A stretch of DNA of 64,000 bases from Auanema rhodensis (taxonomy: Eukaryota; Animalia; Nematoda). The notes under the pieces are model-generated. The model was not told the origin of the DNA. It saw only the letters and a list, made by a program, of their open reading frames with translations, and ran no database searches. The first letter of the stretch is position 1. Each line of letters opens with the position of its first letter. Position numbers and translations under genes: made by a program. Below are positions 25,781-39,958 of the stretch, piece after piece. Where the stretch lies: contig OZ059894.1 in assembly GCA_964057225.1 (NCBI GenBank), positions 7,998,001-8,062,000 of the forward strand, written 5' to 3'.

Positions 25781-28287
25781 CTATACGAAGTTGTCATTTT
25801 TGGGTTAAGGTTTTGGATTTTGTTTGTATGGAAAATGATGATGAGAATCGTTTCTTGCCAGTTGCTGTGTATATTTCAGTTGAATCATTCTTGCAATCCA
25901 TTCTTTTTTCTATATATAATATCTATCTTTGTTTCATTTATTGAACTTTCATATTATTTTCTATTATTGACCTTTTTTTTATCAATTCTTTATGTCCGAT
26001 TTCTGTTTTTTTTCATGTGACTGTATATTAAGCCTATCATTCTTGCACCTAGTCTTTCATTCTCTCAAATTCCTTATTACTTCACTACTTATTGATATGA
26101 ATAACTTCTGTTTTCAAATACATTCGTCACAGAAATGGACATATAATAGGATTTTTTCTTTCTTTTCTATTTTGTCTGATTCAATAACTGATAACTATTT
26201 TGACATTAATAGATAGATGACTTCAAATTAGTTCAGAAAATATATAACTAAGCTTATAACTTGATATTGCATTGCAGTCTTTGATTAGTAAGTGTATGAT
26301 GGAAACCTTGAAATAACTAAATTATTATTAAATATATTGTTTCTTCTGATTTGATTTGAATCATTTCATTTGCCATATCACTTAGTCGGTTTTTATCGGT
26401 TCGTTTATTTTGATCAATCTATGTGATTTGGTTATAAAATGTGTGATATGACTGTCACATTTTCTATTTCTTCTGGAAATATTTTCGTTTTTATAACCGA
26501 TAAATGCTTTTGTTGATCTTATCAATTAAATATGATTATGCTGTGATAATAGTATATGAATAAGTTGTTTTGAATAGATCAAAATCCTAAAACTTAGGAA
26601 TTAGCATTTAATATATTGGATATAGATAGTATTTTATATAATTAATACTATATAATACTTTTCCATAATGCTAATTGTCTTGTAAGTTATTGAAGGTACA
26701 GAATATCTTCAAATTTGAAAATTTGACCATTGAACGGAATGTTTTATTACTAGCTGTATTTCTTTATTCCAATTATGATACATCCCACAAATTGGCTTAA
26801 CATGTCGTAGAAAATGTAGCTAATCGGTGGCTTTTTGAAACAAATTGCCATTGAGATTATACAGTTTATTAGTTATATGTTATCTAGCTGATGTTTTATT
26901 GCTCCTTATTATCTCTTGCTATCATACCCTATATATATGAGATTTGTTGTGAAATGTCAAGAACTTCTTCATAGGACCTTTTTGCGATTTTATCTTACTG
27001 AGATATAAGGACTAACCTTGTTTCATAATCCCAGGAGATCAAACTTCATATCTCATCTTGTGAACCGAAATAACTATGTTTCCACAACTGATATTAGTAC
27101 AACAAATCTACAAGATCTCATTCATCTCCCATTTTTCTCGAATACGTTTAAGAGCAAATATCGTTTTGTTATATTACCACAAGTGCTTACTTGAACTAAC
27201 TTCTACTTCTGAAAACATTTTCATTTCCTTTGTATTCCTTTTTTTGCTTGTTCAATTTTCCCCTTCGATACAACGAGATCATTGAACATGTAATACGTAA
27301 TAGTTTTTTTTTGACCAGCATTCAATCTCACAAAAAGCTCCTGCTCGCTTTTGCTCAAGTCTAAAACCAACTTCTCCAATATTTTGAATCGTTTGTCTTG
27401 ATGAGCAGATGTCGCATTCTATCTCTTTCACGATTAACCATATAACTAAATCTGATTCGCTTGAAAGTATCTATTCTAAAGTTGATTGTTATATCTTGGG
27501 TTTTTTTTGCTGTTTTCGTTCATTATTCCTCATGACTTTTAGTTTTTTTCGCAGCTTATCACACATATCGTTTCCAAAAATCTACCGTGTTTCAATATTA
27601 TCTGCAAACTTGCAAAGGTCATCTAGCAACCAGATTGCTTAAAGCACAAACCTTTGGCAGTCGTCTCTTTTTCTTTTCCATCTTGGCCTTGCGTACAAGA
27701 TGTTTCAGCAATTTTTGACCAAAAAAATTGGAGCTACGTTTATGATCTCAGTTTTAGCCATATCATTACCTTTTTTCTGCTTTGTGTAATTCGTTCTCTC
27801 TGCTGTTCTGGAAAGTATGGAACTCTATGCCACTCGTTTACAACACGTTCTTGGGAGAACATGCAAAAGTATTTTTTGGTTCCTTTCTCTTCTTCCTCTC
27901 TTTCTCATGATATCTCTTCAATTCTGCTAAGTTTTCTCTCATTTTTCGTCTATCTCTTCCATTCATCCATTTTATCTTATTCTTTCTTTGATATGATAGA
28001 AAGAGACATGAATTTTTTTGTTAATGTTAAACGCTTATCACTCGATTTGCTTTAAATTCTCAAGTCTTCGTGATCCAGACTGATTTCAATTCTTTGTTGA
28101 TGTTGATCTTCTGAACAACAACCGCTCTTGCCGCCTCCTTTTTCAAAATGAGATTTTGAATATTTGCCGCTACACTTTGGTTTTTAAATGAAAATGTATT
28201 TATTCTTTTAATTCTTGCTTTTTAATTCTTGTACATATTTTATATTTGTATTTTATGAGTTTATTTTATTAGGTTAGCGAAATAGTC

Positions 28288-30253
28288 ATGCCAGCCACCG
28301 AGAAGCAATTTGTCAAAAATATTCGTGACGTTTTAGCTACTGACAGCAAGACCTGGAACGTTGCCATCGTTTCCAAGAAAGATGCTGAGGCTGAGTATGC
28401 TTTAATGAATTTAGATTATATTTTTAATTTTTTTTTACAGTTCTGCCTTAATTGAAGAAATTGGAAGCACTAACGTTAAGGTTTACAAATGCATTAACGA
28501 AATTCAAAGCCTTCAAGGTGTCGATGTCTTGATTGCCAATCAAGCTCTTGGAAAGGTATGGGCTGTTATATTATTAATGAGAATGTTTTTAAATTTTTCT
28601 TAATGATCTGCCAAGTTCATTCGTATTTTGGTTTTAAACATACATGTGATAAGAAGCGCTAATGGTGGCGTGATAGTAGCTATAGTTATATTTGCCCTTG
28701 ATTGTAACAAACAGCGAAATTAAATAATTTGTAGTTTAATTAAATCCGCAAAAGCTGTTCTTGATTTCCTATTTGTCGTCCGATACTAATTCTCTTATTT
28801 TAAGACAATCGACAACCATGAAGCTTTGGACTCCTTCGTCAAGAACGTTCTTAATGCTCTCAATTTTGGAGGAGTTTTCCTTATCCGTGAGGATTTATGT
28901 ATGTTTCTCCTCATTGAAATTCATGAAAATATACGTTTTTTATAGCTGGATTCGATGATTCAAAGAAGGTTGCTAAGTTGACTGACTACTTTGATGTGTT
29001 CCGTAGTGAAGTTCAAGGAAAAAATAGTGGATTCGACTTCTACGCCGTTGTTGAAGTTGAAGCTTCTATTTACGTGAGTTTTCCATATATATCTGAGTGA
29101 ATTTATCTTTTTTTAAAGGTTTCTCAAAACTGGCATGATTACTTCTGGGTTTTAACTAAGAAGGAATTCCCAGCTACCAATGGAGATCTTGTCACATTCA
29201 GAGATTTCCTCGATAAGACTCAATATACTGATACTGGAATCTACGCTTACGAATGGATTTTCGGAGACAACTTCATTTCTCCAGGTGAAAAATATTGCCA
29301 AACTATGTTAACAGGGCTATCTCTTTGCAGGAGGGTGGCCACAAAACCTCGCCATCATCAAGCGTTTTGGTGATATGCAAGCTGGACAGAAGATGCTTGA
29401 TATTGGAGTAGGTATTGGAGGAGGAGCTCGTCAAGTTGCCAGCGTAAGTTTTTTGAAAATTTTCGGTTATTTTTGAATTATTCATTCAGGAATTCGGAGT
29501 TCATGTTACTGGAATTGATCTTTCATCTAATATGCTTGCTGTCGCTTTAGACCGTGTTCACAAGGAGAAAGATGCTAGAGTCAAGTAAATCTTTTTAAAA
29601 CAGAGATATATAAAACATTAAATGTTTAGGTATGCTATCTGTGATGCTGTTAAATACAAGTTTGAGCCCAGCTCTTTCGATTACGTCTTCTCCAGAGATT
29701 GTATTCAACATATTGAAGATACCGACAAGCTTTTCTCTGCTATCTACGTAAACTATTAAAGATTCCTGAATATTTTAATGATTAACATTTTGTAGAACTG
29801 CTTGAAGCCAGGAGGAAAAGTTCTTATCACCATGTATGGAGTTGGATACGGTGAGCTTAGCGAGAAGTTCAAGGCTTACGTTGAGCAAAGACAGTATTAC
29901 CTCAAAAACTTGAAGCAAATCGAAGAGGTACTTTTGTTAAGAAAAAAATAATATTCATTCTTTGTTATAGATTGCCAAGAAGACTGGATTTGTTGATATC
30001 GTTACCGAAAACTTCACTCCACGTTTCAAGGAGATTCTTGGAGAAGAGAGAAGCCGTGTTGAGAACAATAAGGAAGAATTCCTCCAGGTAACGATTTGCG
30101 AAGCTTCTGTTCCTGTAAACGTTTGATTTCTTGCAGAAGTTCTCTCAAAAGGAGTATGACTCTCTTGTCAACGGATGGAACTCTAAGCTCCAATACATTG
30201 CTGATGATAACCATAACTGGAACTTCTTCTTGGCCACCAAGCCAGCACACTAA
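28288..30253 (+). CDS. pmt-2: Phosphoethanolamine N-methyltransferase 2
   Basis: [32 protein letters not shown]; SAM motif [16 protein letters not shown]; GIDLSSNML; FSRDCIQHI; [11 protein letters not shown]; degenerate N-terminal methyltransferase domain typical of PMT-2. Confidence 0.95.
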
Positions 30254-32515
30254 ATTTTCGCTTAATCATGTTCTATATTCAGCTAACTCAGGTGAGTTAT
30301 AAGACTATCGTTCAGATAGTTAAAATTTGTTTTTTTATTCCATGTCATCCTAAATTTTGTGATATTAATAACATCATATCCTTTCCAACATTTCCTTGCA
30401 TGCAGGTTCTGTTTTCTCATTATTTTAAAATCACTTGTTTCTTGTGCATGATATCTTAATAAACTTTTTTAATTTTTTTCTTTTTTTTTTTAAGAAAATC
30501 AGTAAAACCAATCAATAAGCAGGAGATGATAGTTTTGTGTACCACCATTTTTAGTCGCAGAGACTAATGATGAGTCTGTCCAGTGTTCAGGCTATGTTCC
30601 TTGCTTGCTTGCCTACACTGATGGGACTAGTAAATGCGTCCTTGAAGGCTTTGGGGTATTCAGCTATTAGGAGACGAGAACAAATCAATGACATGACATG
30701 ATCTGGTGTCTTAAGGGCCTGATATGATGAGAAAAACTTTACTAAGACAGTATATTCATGAAAGAAAAGTGGAGCAGATGAAAATTGTCACGAGAGCTCA
30801 ACCTACATCGCGCATACTTCGAAGTTGCTTGATCGCTATTGTTTTGTTCAAACTCGCAGAAGTGTTGAAAAATTTATTCTTATGATGTCTTGTAAATGTC
30901 TTCTATTAAATAAAAATATTCTCCTCTATTGATGAACAGCTCATGATATTCTAGTTCAGTGAGAACCGTTTTACGATTGGTTTTACGGAGAAAATGAAAT
31001 TGACAGTCTGTTTATCCATCCATTCGCGTAACTTCTCCCAATTTCTTTTCTTTTTTTTTTCTGTTTTTTATTTTTTAAGTTTTTAGCGTTCAGACATTGT
31101 TCTTTTGATAATTCATAATTCCTATACCTATATCACACGTGTTACGTGTAACTCACGCACGTGAGCTTCTGCAACTTTAGTTCATTTTCATTTCACTTGG
31201 CAGTTTTGTTAGCAACGGTTGATTGGTTATATATTAATATATATATATATCGTTCTATTTCTACCGTCCCCCCTCCCATCTTTATCTATTCTGTCTCAAC
31301 TAACATCTTCAATTACTTTCTTCTTTGTGTAGTTCCCTTTTTTTGTTGAATGTGACTTTTTTTTTTTTTCTACATGTTGAAAAACTTTTAACTTTGATGC
31401 AGCAGGAACTAGTGAATTTGAAGAATAGCAACATTTATTGCCAATCTGAAATTCATTAGCATCTTTCGAAGATTAAATATATAGAGATTTGTACTCTTTT
31501 ACGTTGACAAAAATCAGAAGAACTTGTTGTTCGCTCATAGGATTTTCACCTTGCCTCAGTCAATAGTCCTGTTTAAGATTAAATTGCAATCTTTTCAGAA
31601 TCTGACCAGTCAAATTTTCGAAAATAGAAAATCAATTGATTAGAACTTGAAGGATGAAAAATTTTATTTATGGTATGCCACCGTGTTAATTAATTTAACT
31701 GGAAACATAATTTTTTGCATTTTTTTTCTGTTTTATACATTGTCAGTTACACTTCACCAATCATACCGCTGTCATATTTCTACCGAAATTCAATTGGCAA
31801 CATTACTCTTGTACTAAGACTGCTTTTATGGCCCTCTACTGGCACAACTTAATAAAACCCTAACATCTACCACAAAAACAAAGAAAAGCCAACGTGAATC
31901 ATCATAGGTTAAGGCCAAATTTAGCGCACGGGCGTTGAGCGCGGTCGCGAACAACCTACCGAATGGAAGATCATTTACTCGTCTTTGATTTTCTCGACCA
32001 TTGTCCTTTTCATACATTGGCTAAGTTGATCATCACATCGTCTTCAGGACTTCTGACGTCCGACATCCATCGTCTTGAAACTTGACTCTCTCTCTCAATC
32101 TTTTACGGCTTTGAAACCGCTTATGCGCTTTTGTCTCACTGACGTTCTTCTGGAGCGTACCATCTTCAGGGGTTTCCTTGTCGAGTTGTTGATAAGCAAG
32201 ATGAATGGTGTCGGAAAAAATTGAAAACATGGCGTTAAGAATTTTTAAATCTTTTCTTCCGTTTTCCAGATTTTAGCCCCAGGATATCTAGTTTCCTTTT
32301 TGCCGGACCCCATGTTTAACATTGAGTTACAGTAACCAGCATCCTTTTTTTCAAGTTTGAAAATATATATTTCTATTTCCTATTACTTTTCTACATTTTT
32401 TTCTCCCTTATCATTCCAATAGCCCTTTAGCTCATTTCATGTGTATTGTACTGATAACACTTTTACTGTAAACTTAAAAAGACGCTTACAGTAATCCGAA
32501 ACCAGCAGTGGAGGT

Positions 32516-35500
32516 ATGCAGGAAATTGACTTAGGAGATAGGAGTGGTCTCATTGACCTCATCTATGGTGTAAGAAACGATTTTTCATGAAAACTTTCCT
32601 CAAAGCTCTGCATACTTGATGTTTCATCTTATTTTAAAAACTTTCAGCCTTCCAAAGATTCTATCAGCACTACTTCAATAAACACGTTAACACCATTAAC
32701 TGATCCAGTGAAAGAAAAAAAGGAAAAAAAAGAGAAAAAAGAGAAAAAGCCAACGGTATGAGTGCTGTAGATAGATAGATACTTTTAACTATTTAATTTT
32801 TTCCAGTCAAAAGTGTCATGTACCTCTTGCTCGGCATTCATCCTTTTCATATTAGCAGTTGTTGCTATTCTTTTATCAGCCTATGTTGGTCATTGGTACA
32901 CTAGAATGGAATATGAAAAAAGAATTTCCAGAGTTGAGTATGTCCCACAGCCACGTAGAAATTTGTAAGCTGTTCCCTCCTAATCACCTCTAAATCTAAT
33001 TTTTCTTCGTTTTCAGATCTGATTTGAATGAAATTTTATATGAAGAAGAAGAAAAGGATGAAGGAGTACCAACAGCTGCTGAACTGAAGTTACCCGGTAA
33101 TTTCATCCCAATCTGGTCAGACAAGAAATATATCCGAATTTTAGTAATGAAAATAGTTTTATAGGTATAATGCTACTATCAAAACGTATTTACCTGGATA
33201 TGTTGAACTTGACAATGCCAAGAACCTCACAACTGAAGGACATATGCTTGTTAAGCTTAGAGCTGAAACTGAAGCTAACCAGGTATTTACAGAAAGAATT
33301 TCGGTTAATTAGTTTTTTTTACAGATTGTCCTCAATGCCTATCGTCTTACTTTCCCAAAAGATTTGGCCAAGATTCAACTTTTGTCAGAATCAAAAATGA
33401 AAGTTCGCCGTGTTAGAGCCACTAATGATACAGCAATTGAAGTAGAGAATACTCTTTTTATCCAGATAAAATCAAAAGCTTTTCAGAACACAGGAGAAGA
33501 CACTTTAATCAAGGATATGGAAAATGCTTCCGATTCTACTATGGCTCCTACTACCGTTCAATCTACAGCATCTCCAAATATGAAATCCAAGAACGCTATT
33601 AAGAGCAAAGTAGCTAGACCAATCGTTTCATCTTATTACGAACTTGATATTAAGGTGGTTTGGCCTTTTCAACAGATAATGTGGTTGATGTTTTCAGGTC
33701 ACCGAATTGATTTACAACGAAACTCTTCAAAAAGTTCTTTTAACCTTAGACAAAGCTGTTCAACCAGGACAAGAAGTCATATTGAAGGTTTTTTCTAAAT
33801 ATAGTTCTTGAAGTTATCAATGGTTTAGCTCCCATATGGTGGACAAATCGATGACTCCATGAATGGACTTTATACAAATACATACACCGATTCTAAGGGA
33901 ATGAAAAGGTAATTAACGAGAAAGATCATGAGCATAAACCATGGATACAACCATAGATTCATCGCTGTTTCTCACATGCAACCCACTTATGCTCGTAAGC
34001 TTATTCCTTGCATGGATGAGCCTCATCTTAAAGCTGTATGGAAGCTCTCCATCATTCATCCCAATGGAACAACCACTAGATCAAACGGGGATGTTGAAGA
34101 TGAACCACAGTAAGAGTTCATTGATCGTGTAGGAGTTTTAAATTTATTTAGACAAAACGGAGAATGGATTTCTACATCGTTCAAAGAAACTGAGCCAATT
34201 TCTTCATATCTTCTTGGATTAACTGTTACGGACTTTGCTAGTTCTCAGGCAACCAGCAAGAATGGTGTAAATGTAAGCGTGTTAGTCTATTACAAAGGCG
34301 CGCACTTTGAAGTCGACGGTCGATGGTTCGATCCCGCGCGGTGAAGGTTACCATCTTTCGGGGCTTACATTAATTGTGGTGATAACATACCCATAACTGA
34401 GCGCTATTTTGCTCAAAATAGCAGATCATGTTAAGATATTGAGCAATAACTCAAATAATGCTTTCAGATTCGTGTTTGGTCTCGACCTGATGTTGTCAAT
34501 TCCACTCAATATGCTTTGGAAAATGCTGTTAAGATTATTGACGTATTAGAAGAGTATTATGGAATTAAAATGCCATTTATGAAGCAGGGTACTAATTCAG
34601 CTTTATAGTATATATTTAATTTACTTTAAATTTGTTTTTAGATCTTTTCGCAATCCCAAGTTTTGAAGCCGGTGCCATGGAGAATCCAGGAATCTTAATG
34701 TTCCGTGAAAACAGACTTCTTGTTGATCCTCAAGTTGATGATGCCCGTCAGAAAGAAATAGTTTTGAGATCTTTAGCTCATGAGCTTAGTCATCAAGTAC
34801 GCATTATTTGAATTTGTTGTCACATTACCAGTTTTAGTGGTTTGGAAACTTGGTCACATTATCAGGATGGGATTCTCTTTGGTTGAATGAAGCATTTGCC
34901 AGACAAATGGAATACATGGCAATCAACAAATTATTGAATGGATCTCCAGATGAGGTTTCACACTAGCAGCAATGTTTATGAAATATTGATTTTCAGCATG
35001 AACATGAAATTGCTAACTCCTTGGAAAAAGCTTTCGATAGAGATGCACAGTCTTCTTCTCACCCCCTTACCATGCCAATTGAAACTGCTTCTGATGCCTA
35101 TGAAATCTTTGACATGATTACATATGAGAAGGTGAACACGAATGCTGATTTCTTAACTTTTCGCTCATCTTCAGGGAGCTGCTGTTGTCAGAATGATTAG
35201 ACAAATTCTTGGGGATGACGCTTTCCGAAGAGGTATCCAAAAGTATCTCAATGAAAACAAGTTTGGAAATGCTAACTATACCAAGCTCTGGGCTGCTTTG
35301 AATCAAGTTGTTCCAGATGATGTATGAATACAAAAATATTTTGAAAGAGCAACACTGACTTATATTTCAGTTCATGGGATGGAACGACGAGAAATTTGAC
35401 GTTGCTGATTTTGCCAATAAATGGATTCTTCAAATGGGATACCCAATCCTTGATGTTTATCGAATTGATGCCAAAACTGTTGAAATTACTCAAAGACGTT

Positions 35501-37407
35501 TCAAGGTGCAATCACAGTTTATGCTGTTTTTCAACCAATTTCAATACAGATTGATAACTTGACTCCAGAAAAAGCTAAATATCGTAATGCTTTGTATTGG
35601 TACAAATGGGATATTCCATTGTTTGCTGAAATTAATGGAAAGAAACAAAAGGTTATTTGGCTTCACGAGGGTAATATTATGATTATAATTATAATTTATT
35701 CAACCATTCAATTCAGCCGTTAGACTTCCATTGAATCTTACTGATAACTTGATTATCAATCCTGAGTCTTATGGATATTACAGAGTTAACTATGATGATG
35801 CTGGATGGGATTTCATGGCTGGACAATTAAATGAAGACCACACAGTTAAACACTCTAGTTTAATCAATTTTAACTTATTGTGATTTCAGAAAATGTCCAC
35901 AACAGCCAGAGGACGTATTCTTTCTGATGCTTTTGCTTTAGCTGAAGCTAATCAACTCTCTTATGAGGTAAAACTTCCATGTTCCGGTGATTGTCATAAG
36001 AAGAATTTTCAGAATATTTTCAATCTTACTGCTTACATTTCTAAAGAAACTGAATATCTTCCAACTAAGATCGCTTTAGAAGGTCTTACCAAGCTTTACA
36101 AAAAGCTTGAAGATAGCAATAATGGAGAAAAAATGAGAGATCTTATTCTCTCTCGTATTGAAGGATTGTATGGAAAGATTGATTTAGCCTCCTTGACTAA
36201 CTCCAATGAAGCTGAGCTTTTGGAACTGTTAGTGATGAAAAAGTTATTTTCGAAATTTACTCAATTTCAGCAAGAGACAATTGGTTGTCGTTAATGCTTT
36301 CTGTAAGTTGAATCCTATCTCCTGTAAGAAGACTCTCAACAACTTATTCGAAAACCAACTTGTTCAAGTTTGTTCTTCTGCTAACATGACCAGCAACTGC
36401 TCCACGTCAGCTATATTAAGCTTTCCTATAAAATTATTTTTTCTTTTTCAGTGTTCCACTCTCAATTAGAGAATTTGTATATTGTCAAGGTGTCTCCAGA
36501 GGAGATGAAGAAATCTTCGACTTGATCTACAAGTTCGCCCAGAACGAGGTTTTCTATAACTCCTGAATTTATGTAACAACCTTCTCTTTCATTTTTCAGA
36601 TTTCTACCGGAGAGAGAAGCCACTTAATGAGTGCTCTTGGATGTAGTCGTGATCCATCCAAATTACGCAGGTATTTATTAATTTTCAAATAAACTTATAA
36701 AAGAAATTAAATTTCAGATTATTGCGTGATGCTATTTCAAATAAAAATGGTGTTATTACCAAATCTGATATTCAGATTATAGTTACCTCAATGAATAATA
36801 ATGATGTTGGAAATTTACTTGTTACTGATTACATCATTGATAATTGGAAGGATATTAGTGAAAAGTATAATAATTATCTTCAATATTTCATTTTAAAAAA
36901 TTCTTTTTTTTAGATTATCAGATGATCACGATATTTTGGCCGTTTTGTTGAGATCAGGATTGTCTGTTAAGACTCAACGAGAATTATCTCAAGTAAGTGA
37001 AAAACTCCTTTTTACTTTTTAAAATAATAAGTCTCGAAAGAAATACTAAGAACACTTGTAATAAGTATTAGATGGTTTATTGGATTAAGTAAACTCATCG
37101 CTAAAAAGGTTGTAGGTTCGATTCCGCGCTATGAAGGTTCCATCTTTCGGGGCATATATATCATGATGATTCCACTTATAGCTGAGCGCATATAATTTTT
37201 GAAAGCATAGAATAAAAAGTTTTACTTTTTGAATAAAAAATCAATTTTCAGATCCAACACTTCATTTCTGATCATCCACAAACCACTCGAGGATTTTCAG
37301 CCTTCAGAGCTACCCTCGAGTCAGCTCGAACTGAGATCAACTGGTCCAAGAAAAACAAAAATCTTTTGGCATCTTATTTTGATAAAGAAGAGAATAAGCA
37401 GATCTAA
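32516..37407 (+). CDS. M1 family membrane aminopeptidase (aminopeptidase N-like; resembles C. elegans AC3.5)
   Basis: TM helix [18 protein letters not shown]; [18 protein letters not shown]; GAMEN; HELSH with downstream WLNE; ITYEKG; WILQMGYP; GYYRVNYD. Confidence 0.93.
34277..34404 (+). mobile_element. tRNA-headed element, SINE-like, copy 1 (intronic)
   Basis: B-box GGTTCGATCCC 34325-34335 after a degenerate tRNA-like head; tail gcgc..tgaaggttaccatctttcggggc...ctgagcgc shared with copy 2. Confidence 0.6.
37068..37189 (+). mobile_element. tRNA-headed element, SINE-like, copy 2 (intronic)
   Basis: A-box-like TGGTTTATTGG 37073-37083, B-box GGTTCGATTCC 37115-37125, tail gcgc..tgaaggttccatctttcggggc...ctgagcgc. 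Confidence 0.6.
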
Positions 37408-37662
37408 GTAATTGTATCTGTTGTAGAATATATTATTGTAGCTATTTATTAATGTATATGTATGTTTTGTTTTTTAATCGTAGAACTCATTTGGAATACC
37501 GGTTCCTGTAATAGATCCTTCCACATACGTACTTTTCTCATTAAACCTGTATATGGTGTGCAAGTCGAGCAATATTTATAACTTCAATAGAAAACAAAAA
37601 GAAATAATACTAAGATATCACATGTTGAGGCAGATTCTTATTGAAAAACTAACAAAGAACAT

Positions 37663-38618
37663 CTATAGAATTTCATCTAGTACCTTAATAGTTTGGAACT
37701 TTTGCCGAGCGGTTTCGTCTAATTCAGCATTTCCTGGTCTAATCACCAGCTTTGCTTGTAGCCCAGCAGTTGTAGCTGCGACAGCTTCTACAAAAAAATT
37801 AATTATATCAAGAAATTAGAGGCTTGTGCAACCTGCAGGAATATCGCTCAAAAAGAGTACATCTTTTGGATCTTTTCCAATCGAAGAGCAAATCTTCGTG
37901 TAAGATTTGTCATCACCTTTCAGTCCAACATTAGTGTCAAAATAACCAGAAAGTAACTAAATATGAATTCTATATAAAGACGTTTCAAAAAAAAATTATT
38001 ACGCCAGTAATATCTCCTTCGACGGAATGACCAAAGAGTAACTTTTGTGCTTTCACTGATCCAGAAGAATAAATGTATATAGGTATACCACTATCATGTA
38101 TTTTCTTCAAAACTGGCACGACATCCTCATACAAACTAAGACGCATACTCGCTTGTTTTATTAAAGAAAGTGAACATACTGTCCCTTCACTTCACCCGAA
38201 ACATAAGCTTCTTCCCACATGAGACCTTGTAACTCCTTCAAACAAGTGATTTTTTTATCAGCTTTAATCCAATGTAGAATATTTTTAATGTAATCTTCGG
38301 CAAGACTATCATCCCGTGGATTTCTAGATTATATTCTTTAAAAGTAGTTATACTTCTATACAAATACATTATTTCTGGATCAATCGTAGACTCTTTAGCG
38401 GAAGTCTCACGGATATTTCCAAAAAGTTTAGTTAGATCATCATTGGGAGTTCCAGACAGTTGTTTGGTTAAATAACTAGCTACATTGTTTGAAGCATATG
38501 GGAAAAGTACATCCTAATTCAATAATATAATAAAACAATATAAGGATTTGTCTACCTTTACAAAGGAAATACTAGTAATAGTGCCTTCAATGTCCAAAAG
38601 TAAAGCTTTGAAAGACAT
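37663..38618 (-). CDS. ENOPH1: Enolase-phosphatase E1 (HAD family, methionine salvage)
   Basis: LLLDIEGTITSISFVKDVLFPYA, LKELQGLMW, IYIYSSGSVKAQKLLFGHS, GYFDT, LFLSDI, LVIRPGN. Confidence 0.95.
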
Positions 38619-38891
38619 GATCAATAAAATTGAAGTTTAAAAACCTTAAAAGGATAATAACATAAAACAATTAATTTTATAGATTTAGTTATAGGTAGAA
38701 AACGAATCAAAAATCTTATTCAGCAGTTAAACACATTTTAGCGGTCAATGATAACAAGAACTACGGCTTCAGTAATGTGCTTGATAAAGCATTCACATTG
38801 GAGCGCAATTTTGCTGTGGAGCGCACAATCTAAACAATCTGCTCAGAGAAATTTACTAAACAATAGTTTTCTTTCCCATAGCTTCATTTTC

Positions 38892-39680
38892 TCAAAAAAG
38901 ATTTGGTACAACTTCACGTGCTTCCCAAATATAACAATGTGGATAATTAGGCATTTGTTTGTATATATTATATGTGGAAGAAGCATGCTTTCTTAAATCA
39001 TCTTGCTCCTCGGTATCGCTAGAATAGAAGTAGTCTGTTTTAACTCCTAGATTATATGTTTCAAGCTTGTTATTTTTTGTTATCGAAACATACCATCTTC
39101 AACGCTCAGTTTAGATTCCCAACCTAAGAGTCTTCGAGTTGCACCACATTTATTTTTTGAACTCATGCAGAAAAAAAAATCTACAACTGTCCATTTGTCA
39201 TCCGTAAGACTGAGATGAGGAACGGTTGCACTTTGTATGAAAGTAACTGGATTTTCATCATCTAAATTGAACTTTTTATTTTTGTTTTATACAAAATACT
39301 GCCTCTTCGTAGTAGAACCATCATTTGCATTAGATCTTTACAGTTTCCAACTTCTAAAGTTGGTAAAGTCCCATTGTATACAGGAACATAACCAAGTATA
39401 TCTGAAACAATCAAAGTACCATTTTATTGGTTATGTATTCACCTATAGCAGGCTCATTCACAGTCACTGATTCCGAATCTTTATCTATGTCGTAGTAGTG
39501 CGAGTTTCTCGAGAAATCATAAACTGTATAAAGAGTGCCCTGTAATACAACAATTCTAAGTTAAAACATTACAAAAAGAAATGAAACCACAAGGTTCATA
39601 CTATCTTCTGATTTCTTCGCAGAAACTGTTTGACTTGAAACTGTACAAATTATGCATAGAAACACAATAAAATGAGACAT
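38892..39680 (-). CDS. Small secreted protein of unknown function (possibly DUF5648-like), paralog A
   Basis: Signal peptide MSHFIVFLCIICTVSS; five exons with consistent phases; NKCGATRRL, DYFY, HCYIWE. Confidence 0.7.
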
Positions 39681-39958
39681 AACTCCTGCAATTCAAGAAC
39701 AGTAGAATATTTTCAAAATCCAAAAAAGACACCTAAATTTTATTTTAACTGTCAAAAAATTATTCATAACATAGATATTCTTCCAAAATCAATTTCCGTC
39801 TCTTTTTTTTTATTTTTATACAAAATTCATTAGCATAACCAACACCCACTTCCCACGTGAAATTATACGTGATGCTTACATTTGTGCTTGCAATGCTTTT
39901 AGATACGGTTTTATTTTATTTATTCAACATTAAAAACAAGCTTCATAATTTAGTACAT

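Noticed and set aside
31826-32230. Two same-frame intronless ORFs on the - strand in a GC-richer patch
   Set aside because: Separated by three stops; no recognisable domain, terminal repeats or splice structure. May be a decayed element or promoter DNA but cannot be supported.
33397-33654. Ser/Thr-rich insert with a basic RRVR site in the aminopeptidase
   Set aside because: As I recall, a similar low-complexity insert exists in the AC3.5-type homolog, so it is probably not novel.
4824-38618. GGT, pmt-2 and enolase-phosphatase as a sulfur/SAM metabolic cluster
   Set aside because: Spread over 34 kb on both strands with unrelated genes between; no evidence beyond chance.
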